This document shows, in pieces, positions 19,301 through 30,700 of a DNA stretch of 64,000 bases. The position numbers were made by a program, and so were the translations under genes. The number at the start of each line of letters is the position of its first letter. Position 1 is the first letter of the stretch. The notes under the pieces are model-generated. The model searched no databases. It was not told the origin of the DNA and saw only the letters and a program-made list of their open reading frames with translations. This stretch comes from a virus (lineage: Duplodnaviria; Caudoviricetes). Where the stretch lies: positions 1 to 64,000 of IMG/VR virus record IMGVR_UViG_3300031555_010877; one strand, given 5' to 3'.

Positions 19301-21867
19301 TCTCCATTTTCGTCATACTGATAACCACCGTTTACCCAGTCGAAGTTATCAGAAACCGTCATAGCAACTGTATCTGTAGACCAAACTCTGTCAGCATCAT
19401 TATTTGATTTGCCGGATGGATTAAAGTCAAACACAAGCCCTGTGGTCACAGGATTAACTTCAATATCCAGTTTGGTAATTTCAGCTTTCAGTGTTTTAAC
19501 TGTCTCGCCACATTTGATTGTAATAGTATGTGCACCGACAACATCCGTCTTATATGTGTATATGTTTGTAGCAGATTCCAGAGTAGGAGTGGATACAACT
19601 ACACCATCAACCGCAATTTCAACTGTAGGTGTTTCAGTTGTTGGGTCATAAACTGTGTATTCAATATTTGTAGCATCATACTGTCTTGCAGTAAAGTTCT
19701 GATAAACAGTACCAATTACAGGGACAGTGCTCTGGCTGTCATACCAAAGAATATCCTTGAATATATGATTGGATTCAATATCATTGCCGTTGATATTGGC
19801 TGTCATATATATTTCAAGCAAATGAGAACCGTGCTGTTGTGCAGCAAGGTCATATCCCATTGGTATACCGGAAGAAGCTGTCGTAACTACGGCAACCTCT
19901 TTACCGTCAAGGACAAAGTGTATACTTTTTGATACTGCACCATAAGGTGTAAAATCAACAGATACTGTGCCAATCGGATATGTAAGTTTATCATTGAACT
20001 CTGATTCAATTCTTACATCAATCTTCTGCACCGTCCAGGTTTTCGTTACCATACTACCTGATTCATCAGATATAGAGAGGGTAATTTTCTGTGTACCGAT
20101 ACCGATATATTCTGTAATATCAAAGGAGTTTTCACCCGCAAGCGCTGTACTTGTAGCTACAACTCTGCCTGCAACTTTCCAGGTTGCTGTACCCTCTGGA
20201 ACACTGTCTCCGGAAGAGTCAGTGCCGGAAAATGTGTATTGGATAACAGCTTTATCATCCGTTGTTACAACCAAAGGAGATGTGGTTACATATCCTATTT
20301 TAAGTACACTGCCGGATGCGCTTCCGCCGCCGCCACCTGTGATAATAACTTTATTCTTTACAACGCGTTCTTCTTTTTCACTGTCACCTTCGTGTGTGAT
20401 TTCGTACAACACGAGACCATTTTCGCCAACATCAGGGTTTTCGACATCGTTGTACGCGATATCATAAGTAAGTCGAGGAGAAGTGTCAACTGTAGCAATT
20501 GTTTCTTCAAATTCAACAACCTTTTCACTTAATGTAGAAATATTTGTTTTGTTTGTTTCAACAGAAGTATTAAGAGCCCCTACTGAAACATTTAAGGCTG
20601 ATACTTCTGATTTTGTTGCAAATTTATTATCAGCATCAACTTTATTATAGTAATCATTTGTTAATGTTGTAGGCAAATTATCAATTGTTGAATGGATATC
20701 CGCTAAATCAGCATCGGTTACCGTTTTATAGTCATCAAGTGAAGTCTGTACTTCATTTTTTGCATCGGCAATTTTAGATTCTATATTTGCAGTATAAACA
20801 CTTGTCCATTCTGCAGAAGGGTCACTGTTGATTTCGATTTCTTTTATAACAGTTTGACCATTATAGAAAGTCATAATTGAGCCATCATACTGAACATCAA
20901 AATTTGCTAATCCATCAATGCTTTCAATCTGTTGTTTAACTTCATTAAGCTGGTCTGAAATATCGATGTTTGCAATGAGAGTATCAACTTCATCTTCAGT
21001 GTAATAATTTGACAGGGCCTCAGTCACAGCATTATTTACAGCTGTGTCCACAGATGCTTCCAACTCACTTTTAGCCGTTTCAACAATCTGCTTGGCTTCA
21101 TTGGCAGAAGCTTGGGCTTCATCAGCAATATTTTGCATACCGGCAGCAGCTTCTTTGGCTTCATTAGCCGCTTCTTGAGCTATTGCAACTTGTTCCGTTA
21201 CTTGTGTGATAAAACTAGAAACCCAAGATGTATCAGGTTCAATAACACCATTACCTGACAATGACTGTAAAACATTTAAACCGTCACAAGGTTTTGTCAT
21301 CCAAATATATTCATCACCTTTAGAGTTGACACCAACAGCTTGAATTTCAAACTGGACAGTTCCAGCAATAGCAGTTACTCGCTTGTCTACCAGCCATGCA
21401 AATTTGATTTTATCACTGCACCAATATACATTAACCGGAACAGCATAATCATCATATCCATCTTTATTTAAAAAATGAATTAAAATATTTGTGCTCTTTA
21501 AGTCAAATCCATCATAAAAACGGGGCATCTGAAAGGGAATATACTGGGAATTTGTTTCCTGAGTTATATTAATCTGACGTGAGTCAAGTGTAATATTTTT
21601 TTCGCTGTCAATACTTGAAATCACATCATCGTGATATTCGGGATAATATAAATATTTGCTGTCCAATGTCCAGTCATCACCAGCATATGCAGCAATCATA
21701 TCTTCTTCTTCTGCAAGCATAGCAATGCCATTGTTATATGCTGCCGGAGCTGAAATATCCAATACAGCAATACTTGCATCTGCTGTACTTGCTTCAGCAA
21801 GGGGAACAGCAGTGATTTTTTCACTTTCCTGAGCCTTTTTCAGAGAATCTGCAAAAGAAATACTCAT
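13361..21867 (-). CDS. Giant spliced tail/baseplate protein (~2,459 aa; exons 21867-17452 and 16324-13361): BppU-like N-terminus, Ig/lectin-like domains, CotH-like kinase, LRR-like region, C-terminal CLec-like domain
   Basis: Start ATG at 21867 follows AAGGAGG. Splicing gives ...DNRAKNLFF...WDLNWGYDMD|TALGLNNYG..., a CotH-type motif. C-terminus is YWLRSP...SGVLIEISF. Confidence 0.75.
16325..17451 (-). mobile_element. Group I intron (1,127 nt) in the giant tail gene
   Basis: P1: exon CATGGAT pairs with intron GTCCATG (U.G at the splice site). Terminal G precedes ACC. P7 elements AACGACTGAG / AACAGTCTG. Removal restores the frame. Confidence 0.9.
16461..17309 (-). CDS. Intron-encoded GIY-YIG homing endonuclease with NUMOD1-like repeats
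   Basis: GVIYKIEN...YIGQT, E..YI...GYN motifs and two PV/TV-Q...G..F.SxxEA repeats. Start reassigned to ATG 17309. Confidence 0.85.
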   Translation of the reverse strand: MSIIINGKQYFGVIYKIENIITNEVYIGQTINPRGFKGRYRFKGNGIERVYKYYKHFQDRNNYYNEHLFRAIKKYGFDAFKVDEIHDTALSQEELNEKEKYYIEKYNSFEHGYNNTYGGDSFPKGKNCKNSKPVCQISLDGELIRIWDNAQEASSELKIPFSNISKVCTEHIERNGSRQITAGGFVWVFTKDYDPNKNYKRIINARPESNQRKTVLLLDDNGNIVQEFYSGDEASKKLNISKQTVSNLCNHKTLTRKYNLVFKSKYIEEQRLSVRGLYEEVL

Positions 21868-21892
21868 TATTTTCCTCCTTCCAAGAAATATA

Positions 21893-21916
21893 AAAGAGGG
21901 CATAAGAGCCCTCTTT
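21893..21916. terminator. Intergenic hairpin/terminator
   Basis: AAAGAGGGC-ataaga-GCCCTCTTT. Confidence 0.55.
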
Positions 21917-22610
21917 AAAATTCAACTACATTATCTTGTTCTTCTTTTTCACTTGGTTCTGTAGGTTTTACAGAATTAAAATCAACAACAGGGATACCAT
22001 CTGCAATATCAGCAGCTCCTGTTTTAATTACAACTTTTGTACCAATTGTTTCTTTGCCAGACATGAGCTGGATAGAATTTTCATTATCATTGTACTTAAT
22101 ATCGTCAGCCTTGTTTAAATTAATATAATTAACTGTTTCTTCAATTGCACGCGCAGTACTATTTAACATAATGATACGCTGGTCAAGTGTATCTAATGCT
22201 TCATCAGGAATTACTTCACTCCAAGCACTAGTTGGTAATACCGGTAAAATTGTGCTTTCAATTTTTCTCACACGCTGGATGCTCTTACCATTTACATCTA
22301 AGTCACTGTGAATAAAAGTCAGTTTAATTTCAATATCCCCGGCTTCAGCTGTTAAGTCAGTATTGACAGGAACTGTATATTGTAAATAACCATTATAACG
22401 CTCATTGGACAAGGTCAAAATTTCATGACGATATTTTCTGCTGACAGGTAACACATATTCCATTGAAAGTGTAAAGTCAGCCATATTATAGCCATTATAA
22501 ATTGGATTTGCTAAAAACCACAATTCATCGACCAATTTACTTCTCTGCATAATACGCTGTTGCTTTGTAGCAATCATAGTATTATCATCATTTATTAAAA
22601 TTGTATACAA
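21915..22610 (-). CDS. BppU-like baseplate protein
   Basis: YNGYNM..F...YLQYTVPV..DLTAEAGDIEIKLTF resembles the BppU N-terminal domain and the N-terminus of the giant tail protein. Confidence 0.55.
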   Translation of the reverse strand: MYTILINDDNTMIATKQQRIMQRSKLVDELWFLANPIYNGYNMADFTLSMEYVLPVSRKYRHEILTLSNERYNGYLQYTVPVNTDLTAEAGDIEIKLTFIHSDLDVNGKSIQRVRKIESTILPVLPTSAWSEVIPDEALDTLDQRIIMLNSTARAIEETVNYINLNKADDIKYNDNENSIQLMSGKETIGTKVVIKTGAADIADGIPVVDFNSVKPTEPSEKEEQDNVVEF

Positions 22611-22638
22611 ATTATCACTCCTTTACACATCTGGTTTA

Positions 22639-23163
22639 CTACTTCATTGTTAAATTATTTGTACCTACTCGGCCCGTACCTGTTGCTGCGCTGTCTGAGT
22701 TTTCACGGAATACAGACACCGAAACAACAATACGATGTAAACCACTGAGCCCTGATAAGTTCCAATCAATATATCCAGTGCTACCATATCCAGGTTGTCC
22801 TGCTACATTAGCATATGCTTCTGATGCACCAGTTTCACGAACAGTAGCCCCATGTGCATTCACTAATTTTGCACTACCAGTTGTGTGGATGCCATATTCA
22901 CCTGTTTTATTAGGAGAAGCAGAGGCCTGTACAGTCCCAGTTATGCTACTATAACCACTCACATCAAAATACTCACCATAGCCAGTTGAACCCGTATAAA
23001 GACCAGGGTCGCCTGTGGCTGCACTAGCAGATACATTGCCTAAAGAAATTGTTGATACCCATACTAGAACATTATTGCTATATAAATGAGTAAGAGCTGT
23101 AGTTATACCATTCTTTATAACATTTATTTTTGTAATCGTTGTATTATTAATTTTTAACGCCAT
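22639..23163 (-). CDS. Minor tail protein (Gly/Ser/Thr-rich)
   Basis: ORF composition and position in the tail module. Confidence 0.55.
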   Translation of the reverse strand: MALKINNTTITKINVIKNGITTALTHLYSNNVLVWVSTISLGNVSASAATGDPGLYTGSTGYGEYFDVSGYSSITGTVQASASPNKTGEYGIHTTGSAKLVNAHGATVRETGASEAYANVAGQPGYGSTGYIDWNLSGLSGLHRIVVSVSVFRENSDSAATGTGRVGTNNLTMK

Positions 23164-23175
23164 AGCAACACCACC

Positions 23176-23841
23176 TTACAAAGTAATTGTTAAAGTCGTG
23201 CCACTGAGACTAAAATTAGCTTTTGGCATAGCAGCGGCGGCTAAATCATAGGCACTCTTAACTGCACTAGGTGTGGCAGCAATACCTCCAGACACATCTG
23301 AGGTGCTCGTAGTACTTGCTGATAATTTTAAATGGCCATAATTTGTGCCATCGCCTTTACCATAAGTTGTAGCAGTAGAACGGTGATTTATTGGAGCTTT
23401 GCCATCAATGGCGGCCTCCATTTCAGTAATTTTTGTAGTATTCGTTGTCAAGCGACATATATAACCTTCAGTAGTTAACTCATAAATTTCGCCACCATCA
23501 TCAGAAATTTTTATCCAGATGTCACCAACATCTTGTACAATTTCGCCTGTAGGTTCTGTTGTAGAACAAATCACCTGACATTTTTCGCGTTTGACATAGC
23601 GCTGCATTGCAATCATCGCATCTTGCAATTGATTGAAATCATCAGCTGTAATTGCTGCTTTTTGCAGTTCAGGATGATTTTGTAACAAGTTCTGAGCAGC
23701 AGTCAAATTTCCTTGTTGTAAAAACTTTTTATATTCACTCACATTGGCAAGCATGGTGCTGTCAATATTGGCTTTATTTTCAAAAGTATCCATAGAGTCG
23801 GGATAATTGGTTCCCGGTAAATCTTTATATGTTGTACTCAC
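23176..23841 (-). CDS. Tail protein with a phage tail-fibre repeat
   Basis: GHLKLSASTTSTS...AATPSAVKSAYDLA fibre repeat. Confidence 0.65.
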   Translation of the reverse strand: MSTTYKDLPGTNYPDSMDTFENKANIDSTMLANVSEYKKFLQQGNLTAAQNLLQNHPELQKAAITADDFNQLQDAMIAMQRYVKREKCQVICSTTEPTGEIVQDVGDIWIKISDDGGEIYELTTEGYICRLTTNTTKITEMEAAIDGKAPINHRSTATTYGKGDGTNYGHLKLSASTTSTSDVSGGIAATPSAVKSAYDLAAAAMPKANFSLSGTTLTITL

Positions 23842-23874
23842 AACTTGCCTCCTTTATAAAATAATAAAAGGGCC

Positions 23875-25437
23875 TCATGTGAGGCCCTCTTTCTTAGCAT
23901 TTTCTAAAGCTTGTTTTGTTGTAATATATGGATACAGGGGATAGAAAGTCATCATATCCACTGTCATTGTCCCTTCCAATACATTTTGTGATATGTTTTT
24001 TATAATATATTGTTCTTCTTGTTTTTGAAGAGCTAAATGATGAGATATTTTTTTATTAACGTCAAGCCATGGTATAGTCATCAAATCCATTGATACCTGA
24101 TTGCTTAAAGTTGTCGTGCGCCAGTTTTCATATTCAGCACGTTCCAAACAGTCTTCATCAAGCCATATTCCTTCATCAGTAATTGTTTCAGCAACTACAT
24201 CTCCGATTTTATCAATCGCAAATGGATTGTCTGGATTTACAACAAAACTCATATTATTACAATTGTATTTTGTTTTATATGTGCTTTTAACTGTCTCACT
24301 TGGTTCATTATTCCATAAAGTTGCCACTGCATGTATCTGATATTGACCCTGTAAATAAAATTTTTTGTTATAAAACTTTACTACATAGCTTTGTCCCATT
24401 AAAAGAGTATTGGCTGACACGAATGTCCCATCACTAACAACAATAGGATATGCTCCTAAGCTATTAATTTGCAAAGTTACATTTGCAACATTATTACTTG
24501 GAGCAGTAAAACCATAATATTTATTGTTTTGATATACAAAATTATCAATGTCTATGGTCGCATTGTATTGAGAGCCACTAACAACTACACTGTCTACGAA
24601 ATAATCTGTCTCCCAACACTTACCAAAAACTTCAGTAATATTATAAACTGTTGAAAAAGAATTACTGTAAGGCTCTTTAATAATTAAATCATATAAAATT
24701 TCATCATTTGCAATAACAGGGTCATTTGCACAAGTTGGTATTTCTTGACAAATAAAAGTCCCATCATAATCAAAAAAGAATTCCCAAGCAGGATATAAAT
24801 TCACTAATTCTTCTATAATATCAAAGACTGTGACGCCTGCACCAAATTCGATATCATAAGGTACAGGATACCCAACATCATCTATACGATATTTGTTCCA
24901 TCCGCCAAGCTGCACTACTGTATCAACAATAGCATTTCGAATTCGTACAGGAATAGAATCTTCAGTGATTTCATCGTCAGGAATATTTCCATATCTACGA
25001 ATTTTTGTTGCATATCCTACAAGATAACCTCCACGTTCACCAGTAAACATAGACATTAAATCAACCAAGGACATACTCAATTCTTTGGTTGTTTCATCAT
25101 AAGATATACTATTTTCAGTAATCAAAAAATGAGCTACAGGATAATATACAATTTGATTTGTACGTATATTTCTGTAGCCCACTTTAATGTATAAAATTTT
25201 ATCAATCCAAAATAATGATTCTCTGGACACATTAAATTTATCATCTTTAATAAACACAGAGAGATTTGCTGCTCTCCGAATACCAGAGTCTGAACTGATA
25301 GTATAATTAAAATTTGTACAAACTCCAGATACTTCATCTAAAGTTTTTAAAGATTTATCTTTTATTTCTATACTTACATAGATTGTTTTTTCACGCTGTT
25401 TAAGGAGGTGAATATCATCTTGAGTGATATTGTACAT
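23875..25437 (-). CDS. Baseplate hub / Tal-like tail protein
   Basis: SDSGIRRAANL, FFFDYDGTF and IPWLDVN motifs typical of hub proteins; position after the TMP/Dit-like genes. Confidence 0.6.
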   Translation of the reverse strand: MYNITQDDIHLLKQREKTIYVSIEIKDKSLKTLDEVSGVCTNFNYTISSDSGIRRAANLSVFIKDDKFNVSRESLFWIDKILYIKVGYRNIRTNQIVYYPVAHFLITENSISYDETTKELSMSLVDLMSMFTGERGGYLVGYATKIRRYGNIPDDEITEDSIPVRIRNAIVDTVVQLGGWNKYRIDDVGYPVPYDIEFGAGVTVFDIIEELVNLYPAWEFFFDYDGTFICQEIPTCANDPVIANDEILYDLIIKEPYSNSFSTVYNITEVFGKCWETDYFVDSVVVSGSQYNATIDIDNFVYQNNKYYGFTAPSNNVANVTLQINSLGAYPIVVSDGTFVSANTLLMGQSYVVKFYNKKFYLQGQYQIHAVATLWNNEPSETVKSTYKTKYNCNNMSFVVNPDNPFAIDKIGDVVAETITDEGIWLDEDCLERAEYENWRTTTLSNQVSMDLMTIPWLDVNKKISHHLALQKQEEQYIIKNISQNVLEGTMTVDMMTFYPLYPYITTKQALENAKKEGLT

Positions 25438-25452
25438 ATTATCCCTCCATTT

Positions 25453-26394
25453 TTATCTATATAATTGATATGTTGCAGCAACTGCATAAGGTTCTGAATT
25501 ATAGTTGTTATTGGCATCTACGTCTATCAAATTACCATTGTATAATGCCTGATTATCTGTTGGATTGCCTGTTTCAACAAAGTTAAAATCAGTATATAAA
25601 ATAGTATTATTTTCAGAGTGTCCAATATTATCAACAACATTAATAATCCAGCTACGACCATCATCCAGCTTAAGAATTTTGGGACGGCCATTAGTTAAAA
25701 AATCCGTAAACACTTCACGGTATGCTGCATCATCAAAGTAGTCAGGTATAATCTGACAACTTGTTCCAGGCAAAAAGGCAGCGTGAATTTGACCAGAAGT
25801 ATAGTTGGCTTTTGAGTTTCTCACAACAAAAGGATATTTGCTGTTCAATGTTGTTACAATACCTGTTGGATGATTGCGTTCTGTAGGAGTGTAATCATAC
25901 AAAAATGCTCTATATGAAATATCTTTTTCTGCAATAACAATACCATCGAAAGTACTTTCTATACTGTTAGTGTTCGAAGTACCCTCTGCACCGTTAGATA
26001 CAGCAACAAGAGCATACTCAACTGTTTCACCTGCATTTACATATCTATCGATATAATGAACACTGGCATCATCTACAGATACAATAGGGAAGTCAGCTAA
26101 TACAACCCAATCATACGTGCCAACTTTACGACGTTTTAAACGCAACGCGTCAATTTCACTTACTGTATAATTAACATTACCTGCAACAAAATTATCTTTA
26201 AATAAAGCATGTAAAATGGTAGCAAAATCCCACTCGGTCGGTATTTGTGACATATCATAGTTTGTGTCACCAGTGACATATAATTCATCATAAATACCAT
26301 TGTTTAATGTCATTGTCGTAATTGCACTATCTGCAGGAACTATATAATCCATTGCGGCATCATCGTGCCAAAAATCATAATTTAAAAATATCAC
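25453..26394 (-). CDS. Distal-tail/baseplate-like protein
   Basis: KYPFVVRN..NY.SG and FLTNGRPKILK..DGR motifs; position. Confidence 0.55.
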   Translation of the reverse strand: MIFLNYDFWHDDAAMDYIVPADSAITTMTLNNGIYDELYVTGDTNYDMSQIPTEWDFATILHALFKDNFVAGNVNYTVSEIDALRLKRRKVGTYDWVVLADFPIVSVDDASVHYIDRYVNAGETVEYALVAVSNGAEGTSNTNSIESTFDGIVIAEKDISYRAFLYDYTPTERNHPTGIVTTLNSKYPFVVRNSKANYTSGQIHAAFLPGTSCQIIPDYFDDAAYREVFTDFLTNGRPKILKLDDGRSWIINVVDNIGHSENNTILYTDFNFVETGNPTDNQALYNGNLIDVDANNNYNSEPYAVAATYQLYR

Positions 26395-27443
26395 GATGTC
26401 ACCTCAATTACTTGTAATTCATATAAATTGTTCTTTCGTCTTAAATTAATCTGAAATTTCTCATACACAAAATATTCACTGTCAAGAACATAAGAATACA
26501 CGCCACTGATTGCTGTTAAATGAACGAAATACTTATTTTCATTAGCAGAATATTTTTTGCCTTGACGAACTTCCAATACGATTTCATTATCTCCCAATAT
26601 GAGAATTGGAACATATAGAGCAGGGGATTCGATAATTGCTTGGAGTGTGAAATTTTCACTAATCTGATAACCTTCATAAAAAATAACAGAATCACCTTTA
26701 CGCAAGTCAACCTTTTCACCTTCAAGAAATGTTGGATTATCATCGCCAGTATAAGAACCTTCAGCAATGACAACATTGGATGTAATTTCTACAGTTCCAG
26801 CCAGCTCATCATTTGACAATTCAACAATGGAAAACATAGATGGAGTAAGATACTCAATCTTAAATTCCACCATTCCTGTATCTACAACCATGCCCGAAAC
26901 AGTTTCGCCAATCGCACGAATGCGATATGAAGTATTGTTCGAAAAACCATCTAGAATATAGCTTAATGAAGATACGTCATAGAGTACACCGGTCGTAAAT
27001 AACTGAACAGAGTTTATATTATATAAAAAAATCTGATAACTGTTCAGTGGTTCATTTTGCTCTTGATAATAATTTAATCTCACTTGAAAATTTGTCGCAG
27101 TCAACGTTTGTTCCTGACGAATATTTGCAAATTCAAAAGTAGGAGATGTTAAACACTTAAAAATAATCGGAGCACTAAATTCAGATTGATTACCATTGCC
27201 ATCCATTACCTGGACTTCAGCCTTATATGTTTCACCATTTATCAGCTTATTTGCAGGAACAGGATGAATAAGCCTGTAGGACGTATAATTTTCTTCATAT
27301 ACAACATCTAAAGTTGTATTGTTGGTTATACGAAGTCTATTTTCAAAGGCCTGATTATCATTATAAGCAAATGTGAAAGTAAATTCATTGCGGGCATCAA
27401 AAGGAGGGATAGAATATAATATAGGGGTATTTAAAGTACTCAT
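26391..27443 (-). CDS. Baseplate/tail protein with FN3-like beta-sandwich domains
   Basis: L.NG.TY...VQV and YRIRAIG patterns; ATGA overlap with the next gene. Confidence 0.55.
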   Translation of the reverse strand: MSTLNTPILYSIPPFDARNEFTFTFAYNDNQAFENRLRITNNTTLDVVYEENYTSYRLIHPVPANKLINGETYKAEVQVMDGNGNQSEFSAPIIFKCLTSPTFEFANIRQEQTLTATNFQVRLNYYQEQNEPLNSYQIFLYNINSVQLFTTGVLYDVSSLSYILDGFSNNTSYRIRAIGETVSGMVVDTGMVEFKIEYLTPSMFSIVELSNDELAGTVEITSNVVIAEGSYTGDDNPTFLEGEKVDLRKGDSVIFYEGYQISENFTLQAIIESPALYVPILILGDNEIVLEVRQGKKYSANENKYFVHLTAISGVYSYVLDSEYFVYEKFQINLRRKNNLYELQVIEVTS

Positions 27444-27718
27444 TATGTCCTCCTTCGTCCACTAATATATTTATTTCGCATATTATTTTGGGGAATAGTC
27501 ACCCAAACTGCTTCATTAATTTTAAATGTAATGTCTAAAGAAGAGGGGATAGTAAATATTTCTTCTTTAATTTTTACTTTATATTTATAATCATCAACTA
27601 CAGCAGTGATAATGCCTGCAACAGTTTTATCATAATTTGCAGTATTAAGAAATCGTTTTACAACTTTTTGAATTTCGGTCGACAAAACTTCGATTGCTTG
27701 AGTTTCTTTGCTTTTCAT
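27443..27718 (-). CDS. Small tail protein (OB-fold-like)
   Basis: YDKT..GII...YKVKI...VWVTIPQNN; directly after the TMP. Confidence 0.55.
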   Translation of the reverse strand: MKSKETQAIEVLSTEIQKVVKRFLNTANYDKTVAGIITAVVDDYKYKVKIKEEIFTIPSSLDITFKINEAVWVTIPQNNMRNKYISGRRRT

Positions 27719-27734
27719 TTACTATCCACCTCCT

Positions 27735-30700
27735 TTATTTATATAAATCTTTCATAATCTGATTTGGTAACTGTCTGATAATAGCATCAGATAAAGCTGA
27801 AACATTACCAACTGGATTATTGATGATAATATCTCCAATTTCCAAAGAAATATTTTTTTTGGAATGATTAAGATTATTTATCAGTCCCTTATGAGTATCA
27901 AGAATTGCTCGCTGATGATTTGGTGTAAGAACATATTCATCTTGCTGCAAAATAGCAGGAACTTCGCCAAGCTTAAGTTTATCTATATATCGTGCAAAAG
28001 CATTGCTTACATTGGCCTGCGGTTTAACAAGACCACCGTCGTGATAAATTTGAGGTTTTTGTCTACTACCACCACCGAAGTCCAATTTAATCTTGAGTGT
28101 ATTATCACGAGATGTACGTCCTATATCATCCTCTTCAACATTTGGTTTTGGCATTGCCCAACTAGGGTCGGCGGCTGGAATATCAGCTTCTAAACCATTA
28201 GCTGTTACTTGATAGCTTTTTGCAGCAGCTTCCATTGCCCCAAAATTAGCAATAACACGCTGAGCATAATCATCATGCCAGGCACCCATTTGTTCTAAGG
28301 TCATTCCTTCGAACTCAGCAAGCAAAGCCATTTCAGTCTGATATTCTTCTAATGTTTTACCAATATTATCCATAGTGTCCTGAAATTTTTCTTTAAGGTC
28401 ATCTATGGCTTCAATTTGGTCTTGAATTGCTTCCTTGGCATCATCCAAAGCAGTAATCTGGTCTTCTATTGCCTTTTTAGCATCTTCACGCTCTATTTCG
28501 CGAAGATATTCATGATAGGCATCTTCAGCTTCTTTAACCTCACTTGGGTCAGCAACCCATTGCCAACCTTTATCATGAGTATAAAGACGGACTGTTTTAT
28601 TAGCCTTTGCTCGTTCATAAGCATCTTTGAGCTTTTGTAACTCAAATTCTCTGTCTTCAGCTTCGTAGATTTCGTTTAAAGCATCTAGTTCATCTTGCAA
28701 AGCTTCTTTCTTTTTATCAATCAGGTCAATCTCGTCTTCGAGCGGTTTCTTGCGATTTTCAAGAGCTTTAATTGCAGCATTACCTTGTGCTTTTAACAAA
28801 TCTTGTTGCTTTTTAGCAGCATCTTCTGCGGCATCACCATACATATCAAGAGCATTAACACCCTGTAAAAGAGTATCTGTGCGTTGCCATATTATTTCAA
28901 TGGCCTGCTCCATTGTTTCAAGATATCCTTCTTCTTGAGCTTTATTAAGAGCAGTTGTTGCATATAGCTTTAACTGAGATTTAGCAAGTGCCAAAGTTGA
29001 TTCATTTAAATCTGCCTGAGCAGACTCAACAACTTCAAGAGCAGCGGCCTCACTAGTCAAAGACTTGATGGCATCAATACCTTGTTGAACTGCTTTAATG
29101 CGCAATTCATTGATGCGCGCTTGTGTAAGCTGCTTAATTGCTTCTTCGTTAAGAGCAATCTGACCATTTTCATCACGAAGTAAATCAAGATAACGTTGGT
29201 CAAGCTGTGTTAGTTCTTGTAAAGTTTCAAGAGTGAATACACCCTTAGAAGAATATTCTTGGGCTGCTTTATAAATAGTCGATAAACTGTCTCGTGTATT
29301 ATCAATTTCTTCATTGATTTTATCAAAACCAATTTGTGACACATCACGCAAGATTAACTCAAGATTCTTAGCTTCTGTAATTGTGGATTTAATACCATCT
29401 TTGGTTTCGGAAACATAATTTTTAACCAAATTCCAAGACTGAGCCTGGTTATAAATTATCTCAGACTGGTCACCATTATATTGCAAATCTGTAGGAACAA
29501 TCCCAGAGTTAAAGGCTTCCTGATAAATTTGTTCTGCAAATTCAATAACTTGTGCCGCAGTTGCAATTTCTCCTTCAAGAAATTCATAGATAGTTTTATC
29601 ATCTTCTTTGTCGTATAACTTGAGGGCTGCTTCGTACTGTTGTTTGATATCAGTGATTGTTTTTAATTCACTAATAGCATTTTCGTAAGATTCTCGAGTA
29701 TATTTGCTGTATTTATCAAATTGTGACTGTGTATATTCTGTATTAGTGCCATCTTTGATTTCATTCTGCCAATTTTGTGCCTGACGAAGATTAGAATACA
29801 AGAGATATAGAGATTTAGTGCCAAGAACCTCTTGAGTTGTGCCATTATCATCAGAAATAGGCATATAGTTATATGTATTACGCAATTCTTCATAAGTATT
29901 TTTCTTAAAAGGATTGCCATCAGAGCCATATAAATCAGCCTCAACTAAACGACGTTTTTCAATTTTTTCTGCAGTTTCTAAAAGATGAATATAATCTTTT
30001 AAATAAGCGATGCGGGCATTTTCTGCATCTGTTACACCATTTTTGGACTGTTTATCAAGCAATTCATCAAGTTCTTGGTTGACATCCTGCAATTCGCTAG
30101 CTAATTCATCGATTTTGGTTTTTATATTATCGATAGTATGCATCCAATCAGTGAATTTTCTAATACCTGCATTGATTACCACGGAAATCAATAGACCGAT
30201 GCCCATCTGTAATGCGGAATTAAGTAGTCCACTGGCAACAGCTGCTGCTTTTTTTGCAAAAGTCAATTCTTTAATCGATTGATTATATACCGAAATAGCC
30301 TTTTGATTAGCTTTAAAACTTGCATTGGTACTTAATTGTGCCTCTACAAGTTTACGATTTGCATCTGACAGCCCATTATACTGTTCCAAAGCATCTTTAA
30401 AGTCATTGCCAGATAACACATACTGTTGAGCAAGAGGCAATTTCGCATTTTCTAATTCATTTTTATTGAAAATGGACTGCATGTGCACCAGAAATGCATC
30501 CAATTCATCTGTAACAGCTTTTTTATTCGCTGGGTCAATAAAATCTCTTAATCCAAAAAAACTAAAATAAGATTTTCCATCAACATTCTTGTTAAACAAA
30601 TATTTATCATGGGCTGCTAAGAATCCCATGAAAACACTGGTCAACAACGGAATCGCTCCCGTAAACTCTGCAACGGCGTCCGTTGCTTGAATAAATCCAT